A DNA stretch of 33,746 bases, taken from Piedraia hortae CBS 480.64. Lineage: Eukaryota. Positions 1 to 11,800 of the stretch are shown here, in pieces. Every line of letters starts with the position of its first letter. Positions within the stretch are counted from its first letter, which is position 1. Made by a program: the position numbers and the translations under genes. The DNA lies in the NCBI GenBank assembly GCA_010093745.1, contig MU006052.1, positions 1-33,746 of the forward strand. The letters are read 5' to 3'. The notes under the pieces are model-generated. The model saw nothing but the letters and a program-made list of their open reading frames with translations, made no database searches and was not told the DNA's origin.

Positions 1-20
1 AATTTCCGACTGGTAACGAG

Positions 21-2490
21 ATGTTAGACGTCGAAATTTCAGTACCGATCGACCAAGATATGCCGTATTCTTCTAGTTTTATTCCGCCGGAAAACGTCGA
101 CATGAGACTCCCTCGCAACACATGGAACCTGTTTGATTGCAAAGAAGATACCCTTCTGTTTGCAATGTACCATTCTCATTGTCACCCTATCAGTGATACT
201 CTGATGAAAACCTTTTTAAGAGTGGTAATGGAGCTTGCAAAGATCCCGACCAGACCCAAAGTACCCTCACTGAGAAGACCGAAGAAGTATTGTAAACCCA
301 TTCCCAAGCCTCAGGTTATTCGTCGCGAGACCGAAGATGGGGCACCAATTTATCAGATTAGTGTGCTTGAGATTGTATGCATGCAAATCTGTAGGAACAT
401 TACAGGAGTCGCCCAGTACCTCGATGTGGTAGCGCAAGTTGCAACCTTGACTGATGGGCCTGCTTCGAAAAGTTGTTCCGAGATGTGGCACGGCACCAAG
501 TGGCATTAGGAGCTACGTATGCAGCGACCTATGGAGATTATCTGGATCAAAGGGAGGCCAGTCAGTATTTGGCTTGGAGACGTCCTGCAAATGAGTCCAT
601 CCAGCTCAACCGAATATGCCTTGTATTACGGCCTAGAGATTCGCTTTAGCCCGCAGACACAGGAAAACAAGAAATATCTTATTCGAGCGATTCCGCTGGT
701 CTGTGTTAGAGCCGGTGAACAGGTGCATCCAAGGGCGTCTACGTTCTCTATTCCTACCAAGGACGGTATGTTGGAGGTGAGCGAGATGACCGTGGTGTCC
801 TCGAAGAGACCCAAGCTATGGATACCCGGGCCAAGGAAGATGTTGAGTTTGTTCCGGAAGATGGCACGCCGTTCCATGAGGACTTTGGTCCATTCCTGCG
901 GGCCCCATATCCGGCAAAGAAGTTCTGCATGAAGCATGATGCCTATGCTGTGCAGATCAATATCAACTTTTGGCAGGGAGGGGTAACTGCGGTGCAAGAA
1001 AAACGGTGGAATGCCCTGGAAGTGTGGATAATGAAATTGACTGGCTTTTCACGCAGGGTGAGTCTTGGCTGTCAATGCGAACAAATCATTGTAAGAACTG
1101 GATCTAATGTGTGATCTTGTCTAGCACAATTTTCACGTCTCTGCCAACTACTATGTTGCAGCTGGTGCCAAGATGAAGGCCACCAGTATGCTCCGTGGGC
1201 TGATGCTGGATCTGGTTCGATCCATACCAGGATTTTACTTACGAGATGCTCCATTCCCTCTTTCTGGGAGTGATTAAATACCTATACGCTTAACCTCCCC
1301 GTAATTAAGGAAAACTTTTAGGCAGCTTGCAATTCGTGCACATTCAGCCGGAAAGGATGGTTTTGAGACATTCCCCTCACACGACAAATTGGAACAAGCC
1401 GTTTACAAGCGGCGATTTTCGAAACCTACTCCAGGTCTGGTCGCTGACCCTGATGGAATTGTTTACAGCCAAAGATGGGCCTGCAGACGTGGATAACCTG
1501 ATTCAATTGTGGTGCGTTTGGGGAGAGCTCAGCACGCTGCTCTACGCCACCAGCAACAGCGACCTGCAGGAATGGTGCTATGCTGTTGAGGAGGCGAGCC
1601 GGGATGTGGTAGAGACCTGTCAGATATATGGGGCCTTGACGCTATCAAGAGGAAGACTAAAATTCACCTTTTGTTCCATATACCCGCAGGGACCTGGCGG
1701 CATGGGCCTGTTCTTGGAGGGACAACCAACCCGTTGGAGAGTTTGAACAAGCCTTTTCGACGCAATCTGAACCTGACCAACCACAACACCCCTGGTTTAG
1801 ATCTCATGAACAAGTTCTTGGTCTTTCTCTCGGAACATCAACCTTGAGGGCTTGTGGTGTGTGGACAACGAGTACTTGAGGTGAGCAGGGGATGAGCTTC
1901 TCAACCTTTGCCAAGAAAAATGAATGAGGTCCATGATTGGCCTGCCAAATCCTGAGATTTCCGTCCCTAAGACCCAACGCCTGCGCACTCAGATTCCTGC
2001 AACGACACAAGCCGCGCACAGCAGGCTGGTCAGCACGTATGGCCTGAGCTGGAGTCGCACGGAATACCGCCAATTCTCTAGATAGCTCGGATACACATCA
2101 TGTGGAGTACGCTCATTCGTGCAATTCTGGGAAAGCAGCACGATATTCCGCGTTAACACGCTCCTACCACAGGTCAAAACACCGCAGACGGCGATTGCCC
2201 TAGTTGAGGGGTTCCGGGCTGTGGCTCCCCAAAACACTAACAAATGCCTTTGTTCGTCGATCAAAGTTCCCTTGCTTGCCTCGACACGAGATTACAAAAT
2301 CGTTCTGATAGAGAATATGGCCCGCGTTCTCAATGTCATGCATTTGTGTGGCGAGGGGTGTGGCGTGAAGCAGGTCTCAACGCTTATTGAAAGGAAAGGC
2401 AGATGGCCAAAGGTGATGTATGGCAGCACGAGGCAGAGAGCGCCTAGTCGCTGGATACTCAATGTCCATATGCTTAATCTGCATAGCTGA
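21..2490 (+). pseudogene. Decayed CACTA/EnSpm(CMC)-like DDE transposase, internally deleted, with stops and frameshifts
   Basis: Consecutive + strand fragments carry motifs I recall from a fungal CACTA-related transposase family, in the expected order: SEMWHGTKWH*ELRMQRPM (in-frame TAG at 507-509), NINFWQGGVTAVQEKRWN (family ...DD.SG..SKKWN, acidic residues lost), FTSGDFRNLLQ, KIHLLFHIPAGTWRHGPVLGGTTNPLESLNKPFR (about 1659-1760; KxHxxxH..GP..ESxN), and C-terminal LNVMHLCGEGC...ER...WILN. Family assignment is from remembered motifs, not a search. Confidence 0.65.
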
Positions 2491-2782
2491 TTGGCAGGCC
2501 AAGCATGACAGGGTTTTTCCACCACCGCGTGGCTTTTGACAGTTTTAATTCATTTTGCACATGTTGATGAAATGTCCCTTATTATGTAGTTTCGGAATCA
2601 GGTAGTTCAGGTCCACGCTGTGACAGTCTCGATCTTGTCACTTGATTACTTTCCCCCGGTTTCTCAGTTGTGATATTCCCATGCGGGGCATTTGAAAAAT
2701 GTCGGATTTCAGCCTGGAAACTTGTCCGGTGACAGGCTTGTGCCAAGCAACCTGTCACCATCTGTCTTAGGATTCCACAAAT

Positions 2783-2975
2783 TTCAGATCGTGATAGCTT
2801 GAAAAGAATACTCTGTGACATCCTGATTTCAAATACTACAGGATTCAGGCCATGACAGCCTGGAAAACAACGCCCTGTGACATCCTGATCTCAGGTCTTC
2901 TAAAATTCAGACTGTGACAGCCTGAAAACATGACCCTGCGGTCCCCTGATTTCAGATTTCAGCTTGTGGCAGCCT
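2783..2975. repeat. Degenerate ~61-bp tandem repeat (about 3.3 units), putative subterminal repeats of the transposon
   Basis: Units start with TTCAG at 2783, 2844, 2906 and 2958. They share TTCAGnnnTGACAGCCTGAAAA...CCCTGTGACATCCTGATTTCA. A 9-bp inverted repeat GGTGACAGG/CCTGTCACC lies at 2728-2759. Confidence 0.8.
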
Positions 2976-3014
2976 GATGCGGGATTGGCTGTGTATACAA
3001 ACGACGAACAAGAT

Positions 3015-3638
3015 ATGGAGCCTGAAAAATCTGCACTAACCCGAACTTTGGCCGATTGCCCTACTGAGATTCTCTTTCTTTTTACAGAGGATTTGAAAGG
3101 CAAGAAGAGCTACTTGCTCAGCGCAATCAAAGTTTGCAGATCCTGACGAGCCGGATTTACTCCTTACCTGTGGCTTGACATGCCTGAAGAGGCTTTGGCT
3201 GCTATCAAGAGTTCAAAGAAGCAACAATACGCATATTATGTGCAAACTTTGCACATTCGAGCAACGAGGGACTGATGTGTGCCAACAAAAGGCATTGCAT
3301 ATCCCAAATTTCGAAATCTACATATGAAATTCTTCAGATAGCGCAATGCCGTGAGCGAACGGTATTGGAATTCAAGACGGCGGGATTTGGAAAGCTTTCG
3401 GACCTTTCATTACAGCGCCTTGAAAACATTCGAGGTGACCTACGCGCCATTTTCGGCGACTACCATTGAAATTCTAAATCAGCTGACTGGTCTAAGGAGT
3501 GTTAGAATTCGCGTTTGGTCCAGTAACAAGGCTTTGGCAAAATCTTTTGTCCCTTGCCTGATCGAGAAAGTCACTTTCAACCGTAGCAAATTGGGTCAAC
3601 AAAATAGTCTATCAACAAAGGTTTTGAATGATCGTCTT
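3015..3638 (+). pseudogene. F-box-like protein pseudogene
   Basis: ATG 3015 gives MEPEKSALTRTLADCPTEILFLFTEDL...LLSAIKVCRS*RAGFTPYLW, matching the F-box pattern L..LP.EIL..I...L.....VCR.W. It has an internal TGA at 3144-3146, further stops and frameshifts, and is cut off by an LTR at 3639. Confidence 0.55.
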
Positions 3639-3944
3639 CGTCGGAGGGGTAAACCCCCGAGGACTAGAGCGGAGTGGATGTCAACGACAAAAGTTTCCAC
3701 TCAACTTCTACTGAAAAAATGTGTAATGTAGATGTCTATCTCTATGAGGTGAGGTTCGAAACCTCCCCCACACTACCTCAGTCTAACCGCATTTGCCAGG
3801 ACAACGTCAGCGAACCATGCCCTTAAGCATGAACGAGGCAATGACCCGTCTCAGGGAAAACTTCCTCTATAGAGTTAAAAACCCTGAGAAGTTTCGACTT
3901 CTATCTATAGTCCTGGTCATGGTGGGTGCCACATCCTTCTGACA
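3639..3944 (-). mobile_element. Solo LTR, family A (306 bp)
   Basis: Collinear and highly similar to 27671-27978. Ends are (C)GTCGGAGG...CTTCTGACA. Flanks GTCTT and CATAA are not a TSD. Strand inferred from motifs shared with family B LTRs. Confidence 0.85.
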
Positions 3945-4772
3945 CATAAGCTTGCAAAAATCTACATAAAACCCGGTAGTGTATGATCTACAAGGTATGA
4001 TTCTCTGCCTGGATCAATCAGCTAGTGTTGGAGACGTCCAGGTGTCGCGCTACACCGCTAGAAAGTCGGCGAGTTTGAGCGATTTCGAGGCGGCTCCCCC
4101 ACGTCCAACAACACCTCCCGCCAACGCAATGTCCAACCGCTTGTGAACTGCACGGACGAGTCTAGTCTCTCAGATACTGTAAGCAGTTCAATTACGTCAA
4201 TCCTGTTACTTCTGCGCCTCTAGAGTCCTTCGGAAGGCAGTTGGCAGAATGGCAACTCCTAATCCACCAGCATAAGACGCGTCCAGAGCGACGATAACAT
4301 TGGGTCGGGATACATTGCCTACCCCGGGTCTATCATAAAAACAACTATATCTGTAACAGCCAATAATATTGCCCGGACGCGTACATGCATGTATTATTAT
4401 TATCATTATTTCTCTTATGCCGAACTAGCTAGAACGCATCATAGCTCCACCCCGAAGGGCATGCGGTCCATCTACAAGTGTTTAACCAACAATCAGATTT
4501 CATCCGCACAATGCGGGTACCCTCGACGCTATACATATTTTGGGTCTCTCTTCACCCAGCTTGGTGACGAATACGGAAGGAAGGGCTTGGTGGTGGGGGG
4601 GGAGGGGGAAGAGAGGTGAGTTGGAGAACAGTCGGGTTGGGACTTCTATAGTTCCCGCGTGGATGCATGTAGATGTTCATATAAAGCCATTCCCGCCAGT
4701 CCATGTTCCGTACAAACGGTCTGTTCTTTTTCCACTCCGTATTCTCTTTCATACCGCTTCCCGTCTCTTATC

Positions 4773-4962
4773 ATGGACGCTGCCCTTGGTGAACTGTATG
4801 CTCTGATCGAGAATGGCATCAAGCCAAATTCCGCGGCTACCGCCAAGAAGCATCTAGTTGATCGTACAACCTTGTACAAATGGTTCCAGGGCCTCACGGT
4901 GGGTCGAGACACTGCATTGGAGGCGCGCAGAAATCTGTCACAGGAGCAAGAGGAGGAGCTGG
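4773..4962 (+). pseudogene. 5' fragment of a Fot1/pogo-type (Tc1/mariner superfamily) transposase, HTH region
   Basis: MDAALGELYALIENGIKPNSAATAKKHLVDRTTLYKWFQG...RRNLSQEQEEELV resembles the psq-type HTH plus start of the CENP-B/Tc5 HTH (V.RTTL...L+.EQE.ELV). It is truncated by LTR-like sequence starting about 4963. Confidence 0.7.
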
Positions 4963-5477
4963 TGTCGAATTATTTGGTCGGCTATGGTGTGTGAGGCACA
5001 TGTATGTGTATGTAGGAGTGTTATGATGAGGTGAGATGCAGAACTTCCCCTCACGCTAACCCAGATCTAGTCTCATTCACAGAGACCACGTCACCGAGCA
5101 CGCAACGAGCATGAACGGTGTTACGGCAAGGCTGTGCGTGTGCAGGACGACCCGCGCCGCCTAAGCGCACAGGGAGTTTGATACACCGACGCGCCCTGCT
5201 AGTTATTCATGGCTACGCTCACTACCACGCACGAATTAACGGCGCTTCTGGATTGGTTTATAACATCCTAGCTTCCCAGTAGATAGCAGTCTGGATTGTC
5301 CTCGTTGTTGGGACTTATTGAACCTTTGCCTCTGAGCACCGTAACACATGGCACCGTGCCTAGTCCCAAGGAAAACCTCCTCCTATGGAGGTAGAAACCC
5401 TGAGAAGCATTGACCTCTGTCTATGTTGGCAGATGCGACCTGGCTGCATACTATATGAGAGAGTTTACCGTCTCACA
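4963..5477 (-). mobile_element. Diverged family-A-related LTR interrupted by a nested LTR (boundaries approximate)
   Basis: Shares ordered blocks with family A: ATGAGGTGAG, GCATGAACG, GGAAAAC.TCCT..TAT, AAACCCTGAGAAG, GAC.TCT.TCTAT. Candidate TG at 4963 and CA at 5477. No TSD seen. Confidence 0.55.
5119..5346. mobile_element. Putative solo LTR, family C (228 bp), nested in the preceding LTR
   Basis: Perfect 8-bp inverted ends TGTTACGG...CCGTAACA. It interrupts family-A homology. Flanks AACGG/CATGG match only 3 of 5. Confidence 0.65.
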
Positions 5478-6349
5478 GTATTCAAAGGGCTAGGTTTCGA
5501 AATTTTGCGGGTTTCTAGGGCCATAAAGGATGAAAACAAACCTGACTAGATAACAAGCAAAACAGGACATAAACCATGCAAATTGCATACAATTCGAATC
5601 TACACAATGCAAGCTATTTTATGAGACCGCTCACGACTGTTTGCAACAATTATGCATTGTATCAAGTCGATTCAAATCTGAAAGCGACGTCTGATATTAT
5701 GGTGTTCATGACATTGGCCGGGCAATTACTTTTCAACCACAACTTATCATCCCTCTGGCGTTGCACAGGGATGGTTGGGCCAAGCTTCGCAACAGAATAA
5801 ATCGATAGCAAGGGCTTTGGAGGCTATTGAAGCGACTGAGCTGAGTCATCAGCTTCAGTTGATGTATTTGGATCATTCGCTCGATAATCCGCTCCTGTGG
5901 CTGTCGTGATTATGCAAAGCAGTTGAGGAGTTGCAGAAACCGACAAGAGAGATGAAGACTTTCGTTGATGTTAGTTTGGGGCCAGTGCCAATAGGATTAG
6001 GGTGACCGGCATCCTCACCTCGTCTAGAATCTTGGTAGCAATCTCATGATACTTGCGTCCCAAACGGTAGTATAACTAGGTTGCTAGAGCTTAATCTTGT
6101 TTAATAAGTCCTCGTGTGAGTGGAGGTTATTTGAACGCATTCTATGTTCTTCAATGACACAATTGGACTTAGAAATCACATACAATATTGTCCAGTACAT
6201 CCTCTGTGTTTGTCTGTAGAAAGTTGATCTGAAATATCATTTCGGCCGTCCTTGATATGCGCTCTCAGCCCTCGCTGTCTACGAGTTGGAAAGAACAGAC
6301 ACATGAGGTTGTACTACAGCATACTTGTATTTTCCATCGTTCTTATACC

Positions 6350-6656
6350 TGTTAGATTCAAGCATCGCCGCTAGGGCGTATGCGGGACACTTGCATAGCA
6401 AGTCAGCGATACCTCCTACACCACCAGCTGCACCCTAGGATTTTCCCTCCCAGAGGCTCTCCCTCAGGGCCATGTCAGATGTGACATGGTGAATGCGCCC
6501 TACTACTGCTTGAGATGAATCATGGAGTAAGTCTGCATGCTGAGGGTCTTACTGCTCGTATGACCACTTGCTTACGGTCATACGATTGATCACACTTCAT
6601 ACGAGGCTACGCACTGGCCTACCGGTTCAGGATATATTCTCTGATGTTCCCTGACA
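6350..6656 (+). mobile_element. Copia-type LTR, mosaic of a family B 5' half and the 3' half of the 26902-27358 LTR type
   Basis: Starts TGTTAGATTCAAGCATCGCCGCTAG like family B. From about 6500 it matches the reverse complement of about 27070-27220 (CATGGAGTAAG.CTGCATGCTGA, GTATGACCACTTGCTTACG, TTCATACGAGGCTACGCAC, TCTGATGTTCCCT). No TSD. Confidence 0.8.
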
Positions 6657-8038
6657 AATCGCCCTGCTCAAAGCACCATCTCCTGTTTGAAAAGGAAAGT
6701 AGGTAGTCGTTGAAGTGGCTCTTCGTACTGCCTGAGCGACGCTCTTTAAATGGCAAATGGGAACTGCAGCTCAAGCTCCTCACAACACATTGCCGAGTCA
6801 GCACGGACCAGAGCATGGCTCTCACCATCAAAACCTTCAGCCAAGCTGCCTGGACGGTGCCCGGAGGCCTACCGGCATCTCTCTTGCGCAGCGATCCAGC
6901 AACCGCTGTCGGTGTTTGGTTCCCACAGCCAAAAAGCGACCAGGCCAAATCCTTCACTGGACAGAATTAACTTGATGTGGGCTGATGCTTGGCCTCTCCC
7001 ATTGCATCTTGACTGTACCTGGCACCGCCACTGGAAGCTACTGGCTGTTAATGGCGATGGTTTCGGGAGAGTCGTAACCATAGAGCCGCCGAAAGGAACT
7101 TGCAGGACTTACAAGGTATATCTTGCCATATATTAAGAGGGTTCTCGCTTTTGGGGAGTCCAGAATGGCCTTACGCACCAGCGTATAGGTAAATGTTGCA
7201 GCGTTTCGCACTGCAACTATATATATAATGTTGTTTCCTTTTGCAATGAAGCAGGAAGTGTCGGGCGCTTGGTTGGGCTAGGTAGGGCGCTGGGATCTGC
7301 AAGGTTTCTACGTCACCGAAGATGTTCCCCCCTGGGACGTGTTCCCGACGCAGGACATCGTCATGGCGAATGCAGTCCGAGTAATGCCGGAATCTGGAGT
7401 TATCTTGGCACACAAGTGATTCCTCCACTTCCTCCGATCCAAAGTCCGGTGATGATGGCCAGCCTGCAGGTGATGACCTGAGAGTATGCAGCGATACGTC
7501 GATGGCGCGGACTGGTGTGATATTCGTAGAGCTTGTCGTTTCTTGGCGATGCGAGTACCGTTGTTGATCGCGCAAGTGTGCACGCGTCGCGCACGGGTGT
7601 AATTTCATTTCCTTATGTGGGCATCTGATCAAACCGATTCCCCTGGTGAGCGCCACAAAGACTCTGTCGCGTCTAGGATTTGCCGCCGGAAGCATGCCAA
7701 CGGAATACATCCAGCTTTCTAGGCAGACCCCACCACTGTCGTGATGAGGTCGCTGTAGTGCTCTGCGGGCACAAGTGGCAGAACAGAGTGGTGTTTAGAA
7801 GAAAACAAACTTGTCCGGAACAGCAAAACATGAACGGTGTCTGTTGACCCACGAGATAATGACCTAAAATTCCCTGACCAATGAGTCATACGTTGTATCC
7901 TTGACCTCTGTTGCCCTCGCGAGGTTATGAACACGCTCTCTTATTCTCCACGACATATCGCTTGAGGACTATACAAGGCCAGGTGTCCGAGCACAGGAAG
8001 CTGCAGGTGTGAGCGTTAGAATATATTGGTGTGCAGGA

Positions 8039-8399
8039 TGTAGAGATTTTAGCTCCCGTAGGTGAGATTGCGCAGCGACCCGAAGAGGACGGAACGATAG
8101 ACTTAATCAATGACAGGATAGATGTAGATGTATATGAGTAAATACCAGTGTCAAAATGACAGTGTGAATCACTATCTATCTCTATGAGGGGACGTCAGAA
8201 TGAAAATTCTGTACCGGTGGACCGGTAATGTCACGTCGTACACTGGCAGGGCGCATTCATCATGGCACATATGACATGGCCCTGAGGGAAAACCTCTGTG
8301 AGGGGAACACTTAGCGTGCAGCTGGTAGTGTAGGAGGTATCGCTGACTTGCTATGCAAGTGTCCCGCATACGCCCTAGCGGCGATGCTTGAATCCAACA
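8039..8399 (-). mobile_element. Solo LTR, family B (361 bp), with perfect 5-bp TSD CAGGA
   Basis: TGTAGAG...AATCCAACA flanked by CAGGA at 8034-8038 and 8400-8404. Reverse-complement homolog of 25031-25391 and 32257-32616. Confidence 0.93.
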
Positions 8400-8878
8400 C
8401 AGGACAGAAAGGCCAAAAGGCGGGGCAGCTCCGCTAACTCTTCGTGTGTCGGCAAAGTTTTCCAGATACGCGTGACATGGGATTGCATATGCTTCTTAAT
8501 ACCAGGGGTTTCTCTAACAATCGAATCAGGGTCGCAAGTGTTGATGGAGATGAGAGCTCTACGTACACAGCATTCGCTGGTCATGAGACGGTTTGAAATG
8601 TCCATTTTGGTCGCAGAGGTTGAAGCAGTCATGCAATCATGACTCAACCTTTACGCCAAGCTTGTTTACGCGGTAGGGAAAAGTCGGTATATAGTTGTGA
8701 ACTGGATAAGGCGATGAAGTACAGCAGCGAAAAGAGGTATAAGAACATCGATTGAGATATGAAGCTGATCGCCCGTGATATATGTAATTGAGGTGATTAT
8801 CGCATGGGCCTGATAACAGAGCTTGCCACATAATTATCCCTCAGAAGTAACCCCCTGAAGCACAGTTAATAGATAAAT

Positions 8879-11800
8879 CTATCCACAAACTAAACACATC
8901 CACCCTCCAGTTACAGTATCAATACACTTTCGATGAAACCCATGTCCGCACCGAAAGACCACTAGATCGCGCGAAGCATCTCTTGCTTCCCGACTCCTTT
9001 CCTTTCCTGGCCTTCGTGGAGTCCTTTTCCCCTCTTTCAACTCATTTCTCCTACTCTGCAAGTTCTTCCACTCCTCCCACACTCCGTCATCTAGCCCCTC
9101 ACCCCAGACTTTGACCCCGCAGCGCTCGCAAGTCTGATCACGGGGTCTCCAGCCCCTCATTCGCTCAGTGCGAAAAGTCTCTATCGAGTCAAAGGACTGG
9201 GCGTCAAGGAGGGTGTTGGCAATTTTGAGAATGGTTTGCGAATGGGCGTATGTCTGGAAGATTTCCGCGAGGAAGGGACGGAGGGACGAGATTTGGGGTT
9301 TGATGTTTGGGGAGGAGAGCGTTTTGCGGAGGATGGTGAGGAGATTCGGTTGGAGGGCAGATGAGGAGGGTGAGAAGGAAGGTCGCTTTGCTGATGGTGT
9401 TGATGGGCAAGCGAATATGCCTGCTGTTATCGCTTTATGGATGATTGTCGTTAGGGAGAGATCTTCGGTTTTGGGTTTTGAGGTATGCTGCTGGGTAGAA
9501 GCCTCATGAGTGGGAGTGCCGTGACTTGAAAAATTTTTGTTCGATGATCTTTCTCGAGACGGAGTGACGGTCCCACCTGGGACTTCCTCGCTGGTTGACC
9601 CCTCAAGGGATCCGCCGCCTGCACTATAGTTTTCTCCCTTACGCACGATCGTCAAAAGAACCGTCAAAAGGTCGGTCCAAAGTTCCTCACTCTCGCGACC
9701 CTCGGCACCAGAACAAAGCCATATCCCCAAGTTTGCAAATTTTGCGATCTCCATCATTAGCTCGCGCGAAGCATCCCTTCCTTTCTCGTCCCTACCCCAC
9801 AAAACGCCTTTTCGTCCTAGTTCCAGTTCATTCAAAGCCCTTCCGAGAACCTGAATTCTCGCCACTACTTTCCCCAACGCCCGCGCGAGAAGCCCCTTTT
9901 TGTGCAAGAGCACGACCTGCGCGTCAATAACGCCCGTGGCTTCGAGGGTAGGAAGAAGGGTATCAAGTTCCAGTTTCGTAGCGGGAACAAGAGAAAGATG
10001 CGACGCAATACGCGAAGGTTCGTGGATGCACATTAATTGGATGAAGCGATCCTCAAAGTGAATACGAACTGAAGGGGGTAGGGCGAGAAGCAGGTTATAC
10101 TCCCCACTGTCCTGAGAGTTTCGATCCTCACGGAGAGCGTCAAGCACCGCATGGAGGAGGTCTTTATGCTCAGCTAGGACCATCGCCGTCTCCGCTGTCG
10201 ACAAGTCTAAAAGTGTAGAAATATTGTCCACAACAAGGGATTGGATCTCTGGTGTCTGGGCGGAGGGCGCAGAAGAGAGAGATTGCGCTATTGCTGCGAA
10301 GACATCACGGGTAGGGGTGGGAAAGAACACTCGCAAGAATTCCGCCCAGCGGTTTTCAACGCGCAAGAGGTACTTTGTCGCGGAGCGAAAGCCTGAGGCA
10401 CGGAGTTTGGCAAGAAGGGACGCAATGTCCCGCGGTCGGTAAGCGGAAAGCAGATACTCGACGCTGAGCTCACGGTCTGCGCGAAGTTGTGTCCCTTCTT
10501 CCCCCAACGGCAAACATAGCTGATCAAGAACGTCATCCAGCAAGGCGCTACTGAGGACAATATCCTTGCGCGAGTATTTCGCCACGTTGCGCGCGATGAA
10601 CATGTTGACATAGACACGCTGGTGTGCAGAGAGGTCTTGTTGCTTGGAAACATCGAGGAGGATGTTGATAATGTCCTGGCGTGAGTAGAGGGATGCTGGT
10701 ATTATGGCTTCAAAGGCCTCGTTGAGTGTGCGTAGAAGGAGAGGGGTTGAGAATTGGAACAGCTGGGAGAGATAGGGGAATGCTGTGCCTGGAGTGAGCT
10801 CCGATGAATGCGAAAATAGGACTTTGAACAAGTCGGCTTGGGGTTTTTCTGGAGATATGGTATCTCCCTTGGGATATGTTCGTCCAGTGAGCGAATATGC
10901 GAGGTAGGGGAAAACCTTTACCGCGGATTGGTAGTAAATATTGGCTTCGTCGCAGAGAGGAATGAGCCTTAAAAGGTCCATGAAAGGCGTGACATAGTCG
11001 CCTATGCCCTGTGTCCAAACGTAGATCAACGCATCGAAGAGACGGTGTTGCTTGCACAGAACAGTGATTTCGTCGAGATCGAATGATAGCGGATCTAGAC
11101 GGCACAGCAATGTCTCCAGACGGGCGGCCTGATTGGTTGAGATGTAGTGCGCAACAACGACCTTGATAAACTCAGGCGGAAGACTGCTAATCTGGCCGTG
11201 CAAGATATAAGGCTCCAAGACAGAGATGAAGATTTCTTGTTCTTCTTCCTCTTCATAAAGCTCGAAAACAGTTTCTATAAGGAACTGCTCTTCAGTTGCC
11301 GCTACACAGGCAGTGAAGCAGACTTCCGTCAGCTCACGAAGACGGCCAAGGTCGTCCTGAGCAAATGTGTACTTTAAAGAAGCAGTTATCATCGCTAGCA
11401 ACCTTTCCTTGACCAGGTTCTGCCGTGCAACATCGTCGTCAGGAAGGCCAATAGTGATGTTACTGGTACTCCCAGAGTAGTAAGCTGCCGCCAACCGGAT
11501 AGCAGAGATGTAATCCCCGTTCTCCATGAACGCGATCAGCCTGTCTGCCCAGTTTGATAACGTCCCAACGGTCAGATCGTTGAAGCCGAGCAGAAACGTC
11601 CTTCCTTTGTAGACTCTAAATGACATGTAAAATGCATCAGCCACGACACCATGCATTGTAGACTCCGTCTGCTCGACAGCCATGCGGAGTTGCTCTGAGA
11701 AGAAATCCTGATGGTAAATATGCCGCTGCAACAGGTCTACCGAGTCAGTAACTTCAAGTGAGCCATCTTCGAGTATGAGCAACCGCTGGCTGATGGTGAG

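Noticed and set aside
2783..2975. CRISPR-like repeat-spacer array
   Set aside because: Eukaryotic context, whole units are degenerate copies without unique spacers, and there are no cas genes.
4026..4110. 85-bp segment with TGTTGGA...TCCAACA inverted ends
   Set aside because: No TSD (GCTAG/ACACC) and no second copy in the window; it could be chance.
4204..4358. 155-bp segment bounded by TGTTAC...GTAACA (possible solo LTR)
   Set aside because: Only 6-7 bp of symmetry, no TSD and no homolog in the window.
5575..6349. Possible second F-box/LRR-like pseudogene on the - strand
   Set aside because: Only faint resemblance to 3200-3350; no motif could be reconstructed with confidence.
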